NCBI GenBank assembly: GCA_951406725.2 | Contig: OX597820.1 | Coordinates: 36,642,001 to 36,706,000 of the forward strand | Reading direction: 5' to 3' | DNA from: Octopus vulgaris | Taxonomy: Eukaryota | DNA length: 64,000 bases | Shown: positions 24,740-34,929 of the stretch, piece by piece | Layout: every line of letters starts with the position of its first letter | Position numbering within the stretch: position 1 is the first letter of the stretch | The notes under the pieces: generated by a model | What the model was told of the DNA's origin: nothing | Database searches by the model: none | Seen by the model: the letters and a program-made list of their open reading frames with translations, nothing else | Translations under genes and position numbers: made by a program

Positions 24740-24743
24740 AGGC
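24685..24743 (+). other. -1 programmed ribosomal frameshift signal (slippery heptamer plus pseudoknot)
   Basis: G-GGA-AAC in gag phase, 6-nt spacer, stem GGGGAAGTT/AACTTTCCCC, loop GCCTCT pairing with downstream AGAGGC; pol is in the -1 frame. Confidence 0.8.
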
Positions 24744-27550
24744 GCTATTGGAGACGCTGCCATTGATTGACGTGGAGGCCGAGGGGGAGACGTTCGAGGC
24801 CCTTGTGGATACGGGCTGTACGACCACCCTGGTGACTTCGAGGGTGACGAAGGAATGGAACGGGGTGTGTAGTGTCCGGGCGGTCGACGGCAGCGAAATC
24901 CGTTGCAGAGGCAGCAGCAAGGTAGAGATAGTGGTGCGCGGCGCGACGCTAAGGCTACAGGCAATTGTGGCCGAACGCGTGATAAATGGAGTTGATGTGG
25001 TGATGGGGATGGACGCCATCAACTGCCTCGGTGGCGTCAGTGTTGTGGGAAATGAGGTCACGTTCGGAAGCGTGGGGGCGTCGTGCACTGCGAGTCAGGA
25101 TCGCCAGAGGAAGCAGAGCCCCGCGAGGGACTGCGCCGCTTACACCATCGAGGACAAAGACTTTCAGGCGGCGTTCGATGGTCAGCGGTGGACGATAGAG
25201 TGGAAATGGAAGGACGAGCCCCCGACACTGGAGAACAGGGTGAGCTGTTACCAGCATACACTGAAAGGCCACGCCAGGGTTGAGTTTGAAGACGAGGTGG
25301 AGAGGTGGATCGAGGAAGGGGTCCTTGTCCCTTGGAAGGAGGAGGTAGCGGGCGGAGTGCTACCCCTGATGGCGGTGGTGCAGCCTACGAAGGGAAAAGT
25401 CAGACCGGTGCTGGACTTCAGGGAGCTAAACCAGCACATATCGTGTCACACGGGAGGTGAGGCGACAGACGTTTGTGGTGAGGCATTACGTAAGTGGAGA
25501 CAGTCAACTGAGGCAGCGACGATTGTCGACTTGAGATCGGCATACTTGCAGCTCCATGTGAGCGACAAACTATGGCGATATCAGCTGGTGCGGTACAAGG
25601 GCTGGACGTACTGTCTAACCAGGCTGGGTTTCGGGCTGAATTCCGCTCCGAAGATCATGGCGGCAGTGCTTAGGTCCGTCCTAGGGAAAGACGGCAAGAT
25701 TAGAAAGGCCACCAGCTCCTACATTGACGACATTTTGGTGGACGAAACCGTAGTGCCAGCCGACGAGGTAGTTAGACATCTGGAGAAGTTCGGACTGATT
25801 GCTAAGCCACCGGAGTCGATTGAAGGGGGAGCCGCGCTGGGGCTGAAGCTGCGAAGAGATAGATCAGGTGAATTGGTGTTCCGGAGAGGAAATGAAATCC
25901 CAGAGCTGAGTTCCAGCGTCAGCAGCAGAGAGCTGTTCTCGGTGTGTGGGAAGTTGGTCGGTCACTACCCGATCGCTGGATGGCTGCGCACGGCGTGTAG
26001 TTACACCAAGAGACGAGCAGAAGGAGAGAGGTGGGGCGACAAGGTGGGAGAAGGGACGGTGGCGATGATGCAGGAGATCCTAGAGAGGACAAGAGCGGAA
26101 GACCCGGGGGGAACTGGTACGTGCCCAAGACGAAATGCGGGACCGTCAGGTGTGATGCTAGCAGTATAGCGGTAGGGGTGGTGTTGGCAATCGAAGGCAC
26201 TGCGGTGGAGGACGCGGCCTGGCTTCGGAAAGCAGATGATTTCAACCACATCAATGTCGCCGAATTAGACGCGCTGCTGAAAGGGGTGAACTTGGCCTTG
26301 AAATGGGGGCTGCGCACGATTGAAATGCGGACGGATTCGGCCACTGTCCTTGGCTGGGTAGGATCGGTGATCACCGGTGACAGGAGAGTGCGGACGAAAG
26401 GTGCTGCGGAGATGTTAGTGAAGCGCGGTCTAGGAGTTCTAGGTGAATTGATCGCCGAATTCGGACTGAAGCTGAACGTGGTTTTCGTGCCTTCGGAGAA
26501 AAACAAGGCGGACGTACTGACCAGGGTGAAAAGGGCGTGGTTGGAAGAACCGGAGGAGGCCCGGAAAGGGATAGCTGCGGCGTGTCGGTTGGATGACTCT
26601 GAACTGAAGAAACTGCACGCTATGCATCACCTGGGTGTGGACAGGACCCTGTATCTGGCAAAAAAATTGATGCTGACGTCACCAGGAGAAGCGTCCGGAA
26701 GGTGGTCGGGAGCTGCGACAGGTGTCAGTCCATCGACCCTGCTCCGAGTGGGCATGAGCAGGGAAGCCTTTCCGTGGAGCAGAACTGGAAAAGGCTAGCT
26801 GTGGATGTGACACACTACCGTCAGCGAATGTACCTCTCCATGATCGACTGTGGGCCGGGCCGGCTGGCCATTTGGAGGGAGTTGAGATCAGGCATTGCTG
26901 ACGAGATCGTGCAGATCCTGAACGGGATATTTTTAGAGAGAGGTCCCGTGGAAGAACTACTGATGGACAACGGGGCGGCGTTTCGTTCGGAAGCATTGAG
27001 GGTTATGCTTGATCGGTGGAACGTGCGACGCTTGTTCAGAGCAGCGTATAGGCCGGGCGGTAACGAGATCGTGGAGAGGCACCATCGGACAGTCAAGGCC
27101 ATAGCGGAAAGAGGGCACATTTCGCCGCTTGAAGCAGTTTTTTGGTACAACTTGTCTCCCCGATCCGGACAAGCTGAGGAATCTGTGCCGCAGAGAGCTG
27201 TGTTCAAATATGAATGGAGGCACCCGAGCAAAGCGCCGGAGGGTCACGAGGAAGAGAAGGGACCCGTTCGCGTGAAAATAGGGGAGGAAGTCTGGGTCAA
27301 GCCACCGAAGGCGCGCTGTACGTCTCAATGGAGCAGAGGAACGGTGACGGCGATCAATTCCAGAAGCAACGTATCCGTAGATGGCACACCACGACATGTC
27401 TTGGACCTTCGCAGGATTGTTGCTTCGACGGACGATGATTCGGGAGAGGGGGAGAATGAGGAGCCCAGCTTGAGAAGATCTCGACGAGCAAGGCGCTCTC
27501 CCGGTTGGATGGTAGACTACAACATGGAGCGGAGAGATTGTGATCTTTAA
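24691..27550 (+). pseudogene. pol: Gypsy pol (PR-RT-RNase H-IN) with two frameshifts
   Basis: ALVDTGCTT (PR), VRPVLDFRELN, VDLRSAYLQ, FGLNSAP, YIDD (RT), CDASS/AELDA (RNase H), HH..CDRC, AVDVTH, MDNGAAF, IVERHHR (IN); breaks near the G6 run (~26110) and the A7 run (~26662). Confidence 0.95.
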
Positions 27551-27563
27551 GATCAGGGTGTCG

Positions 27564-27842
27564 TGTGGGATGACGTCAGCAGCGGGGTGCGTTGACCGGA
27601 AGCTGGGGCAAGCGGAAGGGGTCAGCTGTCAAGCGTGCGTAGGGGGCGGAAATTGACTTTTCCAACGTGGGTCGTGCTGGGGACAAGACGTGCGAGGACG
27701 TCGCTAAAGGGTTTGGGGCCAGTAGCTGCTATCGTTAGTGTTCGGGTAGGGGCTGTGAGGAAGGACCAGTCATCTCTGGAGGATCTCCGTCACCGCGAAG
27801 AGAAGGTAGGTGCCTCTATATTCAAATCGCACACTCACTACA
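27564..27842 (+). repeat. 3' LTR
   Basis: TGTGGGATGACGTCA...CACTCACTACA followed by the TSD AGGGA. Confidence 0.95.
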
Positions 27843-27860
27843 AGGGAAAGTGAAAATCAA

Positions 27861-28488
27861 GTGGGGAGAGGACTTCGGAAAATTCACCAGGTCCGAGCTT
27901 TTTCCTAATAACTTTTAGGAAAATGGGATTTTTTTCAATGAAATTTTATAGAAATACCTTTCAAACGGCATACATTACGATTATAAAGAAATTTGTGGGG
28001 GAATTCTTGAGGTGGGGAGAGCACTTTCGGAAAATTCCCAAGATCCGAATTTTTCCTCGTTCTATTCCGAAATCACATTTAACTATCTACAGATACCCTA
28101 GCGTATGTGTTTAAATCTACCCACTTTCAATCATTTTTAATGTTTTCGCTTCAGTCTTATTTCATTTTCAATTATTTATACGCTCTTTTAACACTTCATC
28201 GTTATTCTCATTCACTCATTACTTTCTCTGTATCTATCTATCTATATATATATATATAATAAATACATATATCATATACATACACAAATATATATGTCAT
28301 GAAGGAAAAACTTGGATCTTGTGAATTTTCCGAAGTCCTCTCCCCACCCTCCCGTTGCTTTGCACGCATATTTTTTCATATTCGTTTCCTACACATTGTT
28401 TTACACCCATCCCAGTATTTTTTCTTTTTTCTTTTCTTTTTTTTTTATTATTGATTTTCATTTCCGGTTCAAGATATAAACATTAACC
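27861..28488. mobile_element. truncated Merlin-like modular fold-back element (family C)
   Basis: GTGGGGAGAGGACTTCGGAAAATTCAC modules; right end ...TAAACATTAACC; interior is the reverse complement of ~32550-33190. Confidence 0.8.
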
Positions 28489-28629
28489 AAAAGTTTTTCA
28501 AAAAAATGCATTTTTCAAGGTGAGGTGCGAAACTGCATTAGCCCCATTTCAGTCAAGCTGTTGAAACGTGAAGCTAACGGTTTAAGAAATACTCCTAATT
28601 GGCAAAATTACAGTATGAGTACCGTTACT

Positions 28630-29336
28630 GTCACATACACACATACATGCAGACATACATATACACATAGATCGAGTAAAAAATTCCAGTTATCTCTTTC
28701 TTTCACACATACTAACAGAAGCACTTCACTTACACAACATACTGTCTGTCTCCCACACCCCATCAAACACACACACACACATGTACATCAATGCTTCCCC
28801 TGGACGGTAACTTCAAAAGAACTTCCCTCGTCATACAATCGCTTTCTCTTAGTCTCTTTCGCTCTCATTACTTATGTAAAAAAATTTGGTAATCTTTCGT
28901 TTTAACTCGAAATAATGTAAACACTGAATCGGCCATACATACACACACACACATAGATACATATACACACACATACATGCATACATACATATACACATAC
29001 ATGCATACACACGCACGCACTATAAAAACCGAGTAAAAATATTCAGTTATCTCTCTCTTTCACACATTACTCTCTCTGTCTCTTCACACACACTAACAGA
29101 AGCACTTCACTTACACAACATACTTTCTGTTTCCCACACCCCATCAAACACACACATGTACATCAATGCTTCCCATGCACGGTAACTTCAAAAGAACTTC
29201 CCTCGTCATACAATTGCTTTCTCTTAGTCTCTTTCGCTCTCATTACTTCAAAAGTTCCCGCAAGCCCATATGCAAAAAAATAAAAGTTTTTTTACGGAAA
29301 TCGACGGAAAAGTATACTAGAACCGTAAGATTGCCG
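28630..29336. mobile_element. partial family-A-related MITE sequence
   Basis: Two copies of CTAACAGAAGCACTTCACTTACACAACATAC...CCCATCAAACAC; ends AAAGTTTTTTACGGAAATCGACGGAAA...GATTGCC. Confidence 0.7.
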
Positions 29337-30087
29337 AATAAGAATTAAATAAAAGAACTAGAAATCTAAACTTAAAATATTTTATTATTTTCAGTACAGA
29401 AAATTATCAAATTAATTCAACACTGTTCATGGTCAATTAATATTTTTGCAGGTGTCAATTGAATAATTGCAAAGAAAAAATGGGAATGAAGGGGGGGGGG
29501 GTAGACGAGGAAGTATAGAAACAAAAATATTACTTTAGTTTCATAGTGAAATTGATGGAAGAGGAGAATCTGTTGAGTGGATTAGGAAAAAGTGATTTAC
29601 ATAGAGTTGTAATATTAAATGAAGTATAGACGATGAAATAGTTGTAATAACTTCAGAATGAGATGCTATAAATTTTTGTGAGTTCAGGTTTGATGTGATG
29701 TAGAACGAGGGAGGGAGGTGATCTACATATATATGAGCAACATTATAGTTCAAAGCATATTTTGTCGTTGTAAACGATTCGGATATATGAAATGTTTTTT
29801 TTTTTTTTTTTTTTTCTTTTCGTAATGACAGTAAACATCTATATATTAAAGTAGGGAAATAACGAAAAGCCTAAAGGGAAGAAAGAGAAAGGAAATAATA
29901 TATAAACTGGAACAGAAATATCAGGGAGGTGAAAGGCACAAGAATGTAAAAACAGCGGATGAAAAATTATAAATGTATCCGAAACAATTCTTCACAAAAT
30001 CAAAATTTGTAAAACTAACAAACCGATGCTTAGTAATCATTTAAAAATAACAGAAAAGACAAAAGGGTGAATAAAAAATTCAAATCC

Positions 30088-31527
30088 CTAAAACATGCTA
30101 TTGATGCTAGGGCCCTCAATAGCATATACTCTTGTTGTGACGTATTTACCTTCCTTCTGTATTTCACGGAACTTTGCGAAGCCTTCATAATTCTTGTGGA
30201 GCAGATATTGGTCGAGAGTAAGAGCAAATTTCTCTTCTGGCCACTTGGCTCTCCATATGCATAGGACCCGGAAAGTACGTAGCCAACGGCAGTTGGCAAA
30301 TTTCCTTTCTAACTCTATATTGTGATCTCTAAGACTGTGTAACATATCTCCTTTCCACATGCGATTTGAATCAACGACCCGAATCAGATTAATTAAATAT
30401 TGATCAGTAAACAGTCTCTCATCATATTGAACGTAACATTTGGTGTGTGCTGTGAGATTTCGTTCCACCGGTAGAAAACAATTTATAAGTCTGTGTGAGA
30501 ACAATTGTCTCAGCTTTTCTTCCCAGCTTCTTATCTCCTGGTCCTCTTTAGAATCCATGAGATAGCCCTTTACGGTAGAATATATTTTGATTAATTTAAA
30601 CAAAGGGTATTCGACGAATTTTGGTGTTTCGGTTGGATATTCAGGAAAACGTTTCTTTTTAGTAGAGCTCTGTTTCTCATCAGAAGTAGAACTCTGTTCA
30701 TTATCTGGGGAAAGAGTTTCTTGATTTGTCGATGTTACTTCATTTTTCTTTGGTGAATTTTCATTTATGATCTTATAAGTGTAGTGTTTAGTTGCATGTT
30801 CTTCGAATGCTTTCAGTTTTTCCTCATAATCCCTTTTTTTCTTTACTCTTGTAAAGTAGTCATCGATATCATCCAAACAGAGAATGTGTTTATAGCGTTC
30901 CAATTTAGTTTTCTGCTTTATAATATCTTCGAACAATGCCAAACAATCGTCTTTCCTTTTATCGAACTCCTCTAATAACCATCTCATGAAGTGATCTTCA
31001 TATTTATCACGAAAAGTACAATCCATAGTGTATTCGTAAGTTTCTTTCTTTATACGTGCCTTCAAAGTTTTTTGGGCTCCGCGTGGACAGCCAAATATAT
31101 TGAAAGGCCATGACGACAGCTTTAAAACTTCTCGTACTCTTCGGTAAAATCTAAAATCAGTTTCATTTGGATTCAAAGCGAGATAATTACAGATAAATTC
31201 GTAAATTGCATCATGAAACATCGAATCTGCCTTTCTATCGTAATCGATATGAAATATCCCAGTAAAACTATTCACTGCCAGTTCAGAAAATCCAAGCGTA
31301 TATCCTAATCTAAAAGCAACATCACGATCGTTAATGCTGTCTGCCCACTTCCGTATATTTTCGTGCGTGAAGAAACCTTTGTATTCTTTGCAATTCATGG
31401 CAATAACAACATCTTCCTGTTCCACAGGACTTTCCCAAAACTTTATTCGGTATTTTTCCGCATCCTCAAGAGTTGGCCCTTTTGCATTCTCATCGTTTGG
31501 CCCAGACCTCGTCTCTTGTACTTCCAT
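30088..31527 (-). CDS. orphan protein (479 aa), putative N- and C-terminal death-fold-like domains with a charged/low-complexity linker
   Basis: Uninterrupted 1440-nt ORF starting AAA-ATG-G; N-terminal motif aligns ungapped with the 17233-18009 ORF; C-terminal LFTDQYLINLIRVV...W...RTFRVLCIWRAKWPEEKFALTLDQYL resembles death-domain helices. The domain call is by eye only. Confidence 0.78.
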   Translation of the reverse strand: MEVQETRSGPNDENAKGPTLEDAEKYRIKFWESPVEQEDVVIAMNCKEYKGFFTHENIRKWADSINDRDVAFRLGYTLGFSELAVNSFTGIFHIDYDRKADSMFHDAIYEFICNYLALNPNETDFRFYRRVREVLKLSSWPFNIFGCPRGAQKTLKARIKKETYEYTMDCTFRDKYEDHFMRWLLEEFDKRKDDCLALFEDIIKQKTKLERYKHILCLDDIDDYFTRVKKKRDYEEKLKAFEEHATKHYTYKIINENSPKKNEVTSTNQETLSPDNEQSSTSDEKQSSTKKKRFPEYPTETPKFVEYPLFKLIKIYSTVKGYLMDSKEDQEIRSWEEKLRQLFSHRLINCFLPVERNLTAHTKCYVQYDERLFTDQYLINLIRVVDSNRMWKGDMLHSLRDHNIELERKFANCRWLRTFRVLCIWRAKWPEEKFALTLDQYLLHKNYEGFAKFREIQKEGKYVTTRVYAIEGPSINSMF

Positions 31528-32209
31528 TTTACTTAGGATTTTTTTAATAAAACTTTTCTAAAGGGAGATAACTCACACGCTTTGGGCGTGGAAACAAAGT
31601 TTGACCTGACTTAAAGTGTCGAATTTTCTCAGAAATGCATAGTTTTTACGAAATTTTGTCGAGGTAAAAGTTACAATTTTGCTGATGGCATTAAAAATCT
31701 GGAGGGGAAAAGGTTTCAGATCATTTTCTTCCACATGGTCATAACTAAACTACATGGTCATAACTACAGCGCAATTCCCCACCACCAACAGCAAATTTGT
31801 TTCCTAACTTTCTTAAAAACGTATATTTTCTAATGAAATTTTGCCGAGATACATTTTCAAAGATATAGATTATAATTATATTAATGGGGAGTTTCGGAAT
31901 TATATCCTCCATGCAGGTATAACTATGGCGCGATTCCCACTTCCACCACCACCACCATTTTCAAGGATACAAATTATAATCACCTGAAATGGCGGACCTG
32001 GCGCACAGTTACCCCGCATATTTTCTTATATAACATATAAACATGTACATCTTTTAGAAAATTGTCATTTTATAACACTTTGCTGGCAAATTTTTAAATT
32101 AACATAAACATTTATTTAAGTGAAAGAAAATTACCGGAGAACTTTCATCTAGTTTTTCCAAATCTCTCAGTTAATACTGTATTGAAACCATTTGTGGGGA
32201 AAAATTGTG

Positions 32210-32614
32210 GGTTAACTCGAAAATGAAAATTTAAAAAAATACTGGAATTGGTGTAAAACAATGTGTAGGAAATGAATATGAAAAAAAATCCGCGCAAAGC
32301 AACGGGGGGGGGGGGTAGGGAGAGGACTTCGGAAAATTCACAAGATCCGAGTTTTTCCCTCATAAATTTTAGGAAAATGGGGGTTTTGCAATGAAATTTT
32401 ATAGAAATATTCAGGAAAATATTCGGAAAATTCACAAAATCTGATTTTTTCCTTCATAACTTTTAGGAAAATAGGGTTTTTTCAATGAAGTTTGAAATGG
32501 CATACATTACGATTATAAAGTAATTTGTGGAGAAAATCTTTTCCAAAGGGTGGGGAGATGACTTCGGAAAATTCACAAGATCCAAGTTTTTCTCCATAAC
32601 TGTATATGTGTGTT

Positions 32615-32649
<35 letters not shown>

Positions 32650-32680
32650 ATACATGTGTATATATATATATATATATATG

Positions 32681-32720
<40 letters not shown>

Positions 32721-33701
32721 TACATGTATACAATATATGTATATATATATAATATACATATATCTTTCTCTATATATATAGATAGAGAGAGAAAGGGAGA
32801 GAGAAAGTAATAATGAGTGAATGAGAATAACGACGAAAGGTTTAAAAAGCGTAAAAATAATTGAAAATGAAATAAAATTGAAGCCAAAACATTAAAAATT
32901 ATTGAAAGAGGGGAGAAATAAACACTACATAGTGTAGTAGTACTACGCTAGTGTATCTGAAAGTTGAATGTGATTTCGGAATATAACGAGAAAAAATTCG
33001 GATCTTGGGAATTTTCCGAAAGTGCTCTCCCCACCTCAAGATTTTCCCCACAAATTACTTTATAGTCATAATGTATGCCGTTTGAAAAGTATTTCTATAA
33101 AATTTCATTGAAATAAAACCATTTTCCTAAAAGTTATGAGTGAAAAACTCGGATTTTGTGAATTTTCCGAAGTCTTCTCCCCACCCCATGGAAAAAAATT
33201 TTCCCCACAAATTTTTTTATAATCGTTATGTATGCCGTTTGAAAGGTATTTCTATAAAAGGTGGCGAGCTGGCAGAAACGTTATCACGCCGGGCGAAATG
33301 CGTAGCCGTATTTCGTCTGTCGTTACATTGTGAGTTCAAATTCCGTCGAGGTCGACTTTGCCTTTCATCCTTTCGGGATCGATAAATTAAGTACCAGTTA
33401 CGCACTAAGGTCGATGTAATCATCTTAATCAGTTTGTCCACTCTATGTTTAGCCCCTTGTGGGTAATAAAGAAATAGGTATTTCTATAAAAGTTCACTGA
33501 AAAAACAGCATTTTCCTAAAAGTTATTAGGGAAAAACTCGGATCTTGTGAATTTTCCGAAATCCTCTCCCCACCCTCCTGTTGCTTTAAGCGCGCGCATT
33601 TTTTTTTTTTTTTTCATATTCGTTTCCTACACAATATTTTGCAGTCATTCCAATATTGGGGGGAAGATTTTCATTTCCGGGTCAAGATGTAAACATTAAC
33701 C
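32210..33701. mobile_element. complete Merlin-like modular fold-back element (family C)
   Basis: AAATTGTG|GGTTAA ... TAAACATTAACC|AAATTGTG (8-bp TSD); repeated GGGGAGAGGACTTCGGAAAATTCACAAGATCCGAG modules in both orientations; (TA)n core; SINE inserted at 33260. Confidence 0.88.
33260..33476 (+). mobile_element. tRNA-derived SINE with Nin-type central domain
   Basis: GGTGGCGAGCTGGCAGAA...GAGTTCAAATTC...GCCTTTCATCCTTTCGGGATCGATAAATTAAGTACCAG; 16-bp TSD GGTATTTCTATAAAAG. Confidence 0.88.
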
Positions 33702-33924
33702 AAATTGTGATGTGTTTATCGCATGTAACGTCTTGTTCATCGCATTTGCATTAAATACATATTGAATGCTTAAAACTACTTGTTTACTCGTTTCTTTTTG
33801 TCATTGAGGAGGTTGTGAGATGTGCTAAAAATAATAAATAATTAACAAATAATAAATAAATTTTATGGAGATGTACTTGCATAGCATGTGACCTGATCTT
33901 AGATCATGTGCTGAAACAAAAACA

Positions 33925-34123
33925 ATTGCAGCGTGGAAAGTGTTTATAAGCCATTTAAAAACACAAAAACCGTTAGATACACTTCAGCGCACGGAATTTT
34001 GTCAGTGAACAGGTCACGGTCTCAAAGCGATGAAAATATTTTGACCAATTAAATTTAAATTAAGTGAATCTAACAGTTTTTGTGCATTTTTAAATGGCTT
34101 ATAAACACCTTCCACGCTGCAAT
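33925..34123. repeat. inverted repeat / MITE remnant
   Basis: TTGCAGCGTGGAAAGTGTTTATAAGCCATTTAAAA mirrored by TTTTAAATGGCTTATAAACACCTTCCACGCTGCAA. Confidence 0.75.
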
Positions 34124-34171
34124 AAATAAATAAATAACGTTATTTTGGGGGTAAATATTTTAAGTTCGTGC

Positions 34172-34333
34172 GGATCTTTTCTTTTTGAAGGCCAAATTTT
34201 CCTAGTTAACTAAAAAATTTGAAACTTCGTATTCTGGTAGAATGTGTCAAAAGAAAACATTATTGTAAACAAAATTGTAATTTGTAACTTAAACGTAGTT
34301 TAATTTTTACGAATTTTTAAAAAGAAAATATCC
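34172..34333. mobile_element. short Merlin-like MITE related to family B
   Basis: GTTCGTGC|GGATCTTTTCTTTTT ... AAAAAGAAAATATCC|GTTCGGGC (8-bp TSD, one mismatch); shares AAACTTCGTA..CTGGTAGAATGTGT with family B. Confidence 0.75.
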
Positions 34334-34929
34334 GTTCGGGCTGTTGCTTTAAATGCATATTGAATGCTTCAAACTGCAAAACACGTGTTGGTTACAAATA
34401 TTGACAACACGTACTATTTTCAGAATATTGATGACAAAATATGCAGTCACGCACAAAATGACAGCTTCCAAATCCTGTTTCCTGACTGGGTGACAATAGT
34501 AAAATTTTAAACCTCTGTAACTTTTTAAAAACTCCTGCAATCCTCTCCAGCTGGGCAAGACCAGTAGACCATGGCTTCTGAATCTTTACTCATTATTTTG
34601 ACCTGCCTGCTAGAGATGGTAGACAATCGTCTCTACTCACAATATATAAACAGAGAAGCGACAGGCAATCGCTGATCTCGAAACTAGCAAAATAGCTAGT
34701 TTTAAAATCTCTAAACGTGATAGATGTAGTAACAATAAAAGACGGTGAAGTTTTTTTTGCCACTGTAACATGGCTGCTCTATAAAGTCTTCCATGACTAC
34801 AGAACAAAGAAATAAAGAGAAGGGTTGACACAAAATGTTTAAGGGGATGGGAGTGATAGCAGTTTCGCTTTTAAAACTTTGGTTATCAAGGAAAATTATT
34901 GGTTTTATTATAAATTGTTACGACTTAAA

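Larger units (their letters stand above)
23640..27842 (+). mobile_element. full-length Ty3/Gypsy LTR retrotransposon (~4.2 kb)
   Basis: TG...CA LTRs at 23640-23932 and 27564-27842, 5-bp TSD AGGGA, gag-PR-RT-RNaseH-IN order, much higher GC than the flanks. Confidence 0.97.
22394..27860 (+). repeat. duplicated non-coding backbone, copy 2 (hosts the Helitron and Gypsy insertions)
   Basis: Colinear with 14775-16810 on both sides of the Helitron (22504-22902) and the Gypsy element (23640-27842). Confidence 0.88.

Noticed and set aside
24142-27438. Antisense and alternate-frame ORFs inside the Gypsy element
   Set aside because: Expected in GC-rich coding DNA; no motifs and no env-like features.
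23640-27842. Bacterial contamination suggested by the GC jump
   Set aside because: LTRs, a 5-bp TSD and an empty paralogous site show a genuine retrotransposon insertion.
23204-28488. Large element from GGTTAATGTTTACA (23204) to TAAACATTAACC (28488)
   Set aside because: The flanks do not form a TSD, and backbone copy 1 is colinear across the supposed left boundary.
31528-31620. Baculovirus/nudivirus-like late promoter TAAG motifs upstream of the orphan ORFs
   Set aside because: A 4-5-bp motif is expected by chance in such AT-rich DNA, and no viral core gene is present in the window.
27861-33701. Composite transposon of two inverted family C copies carrying the 479-aa ORF
   Set aside because: The right copy has its own 8-bp TSD (independent insertion) and the left copy lacks its outer terminus; there is no shared TSD.
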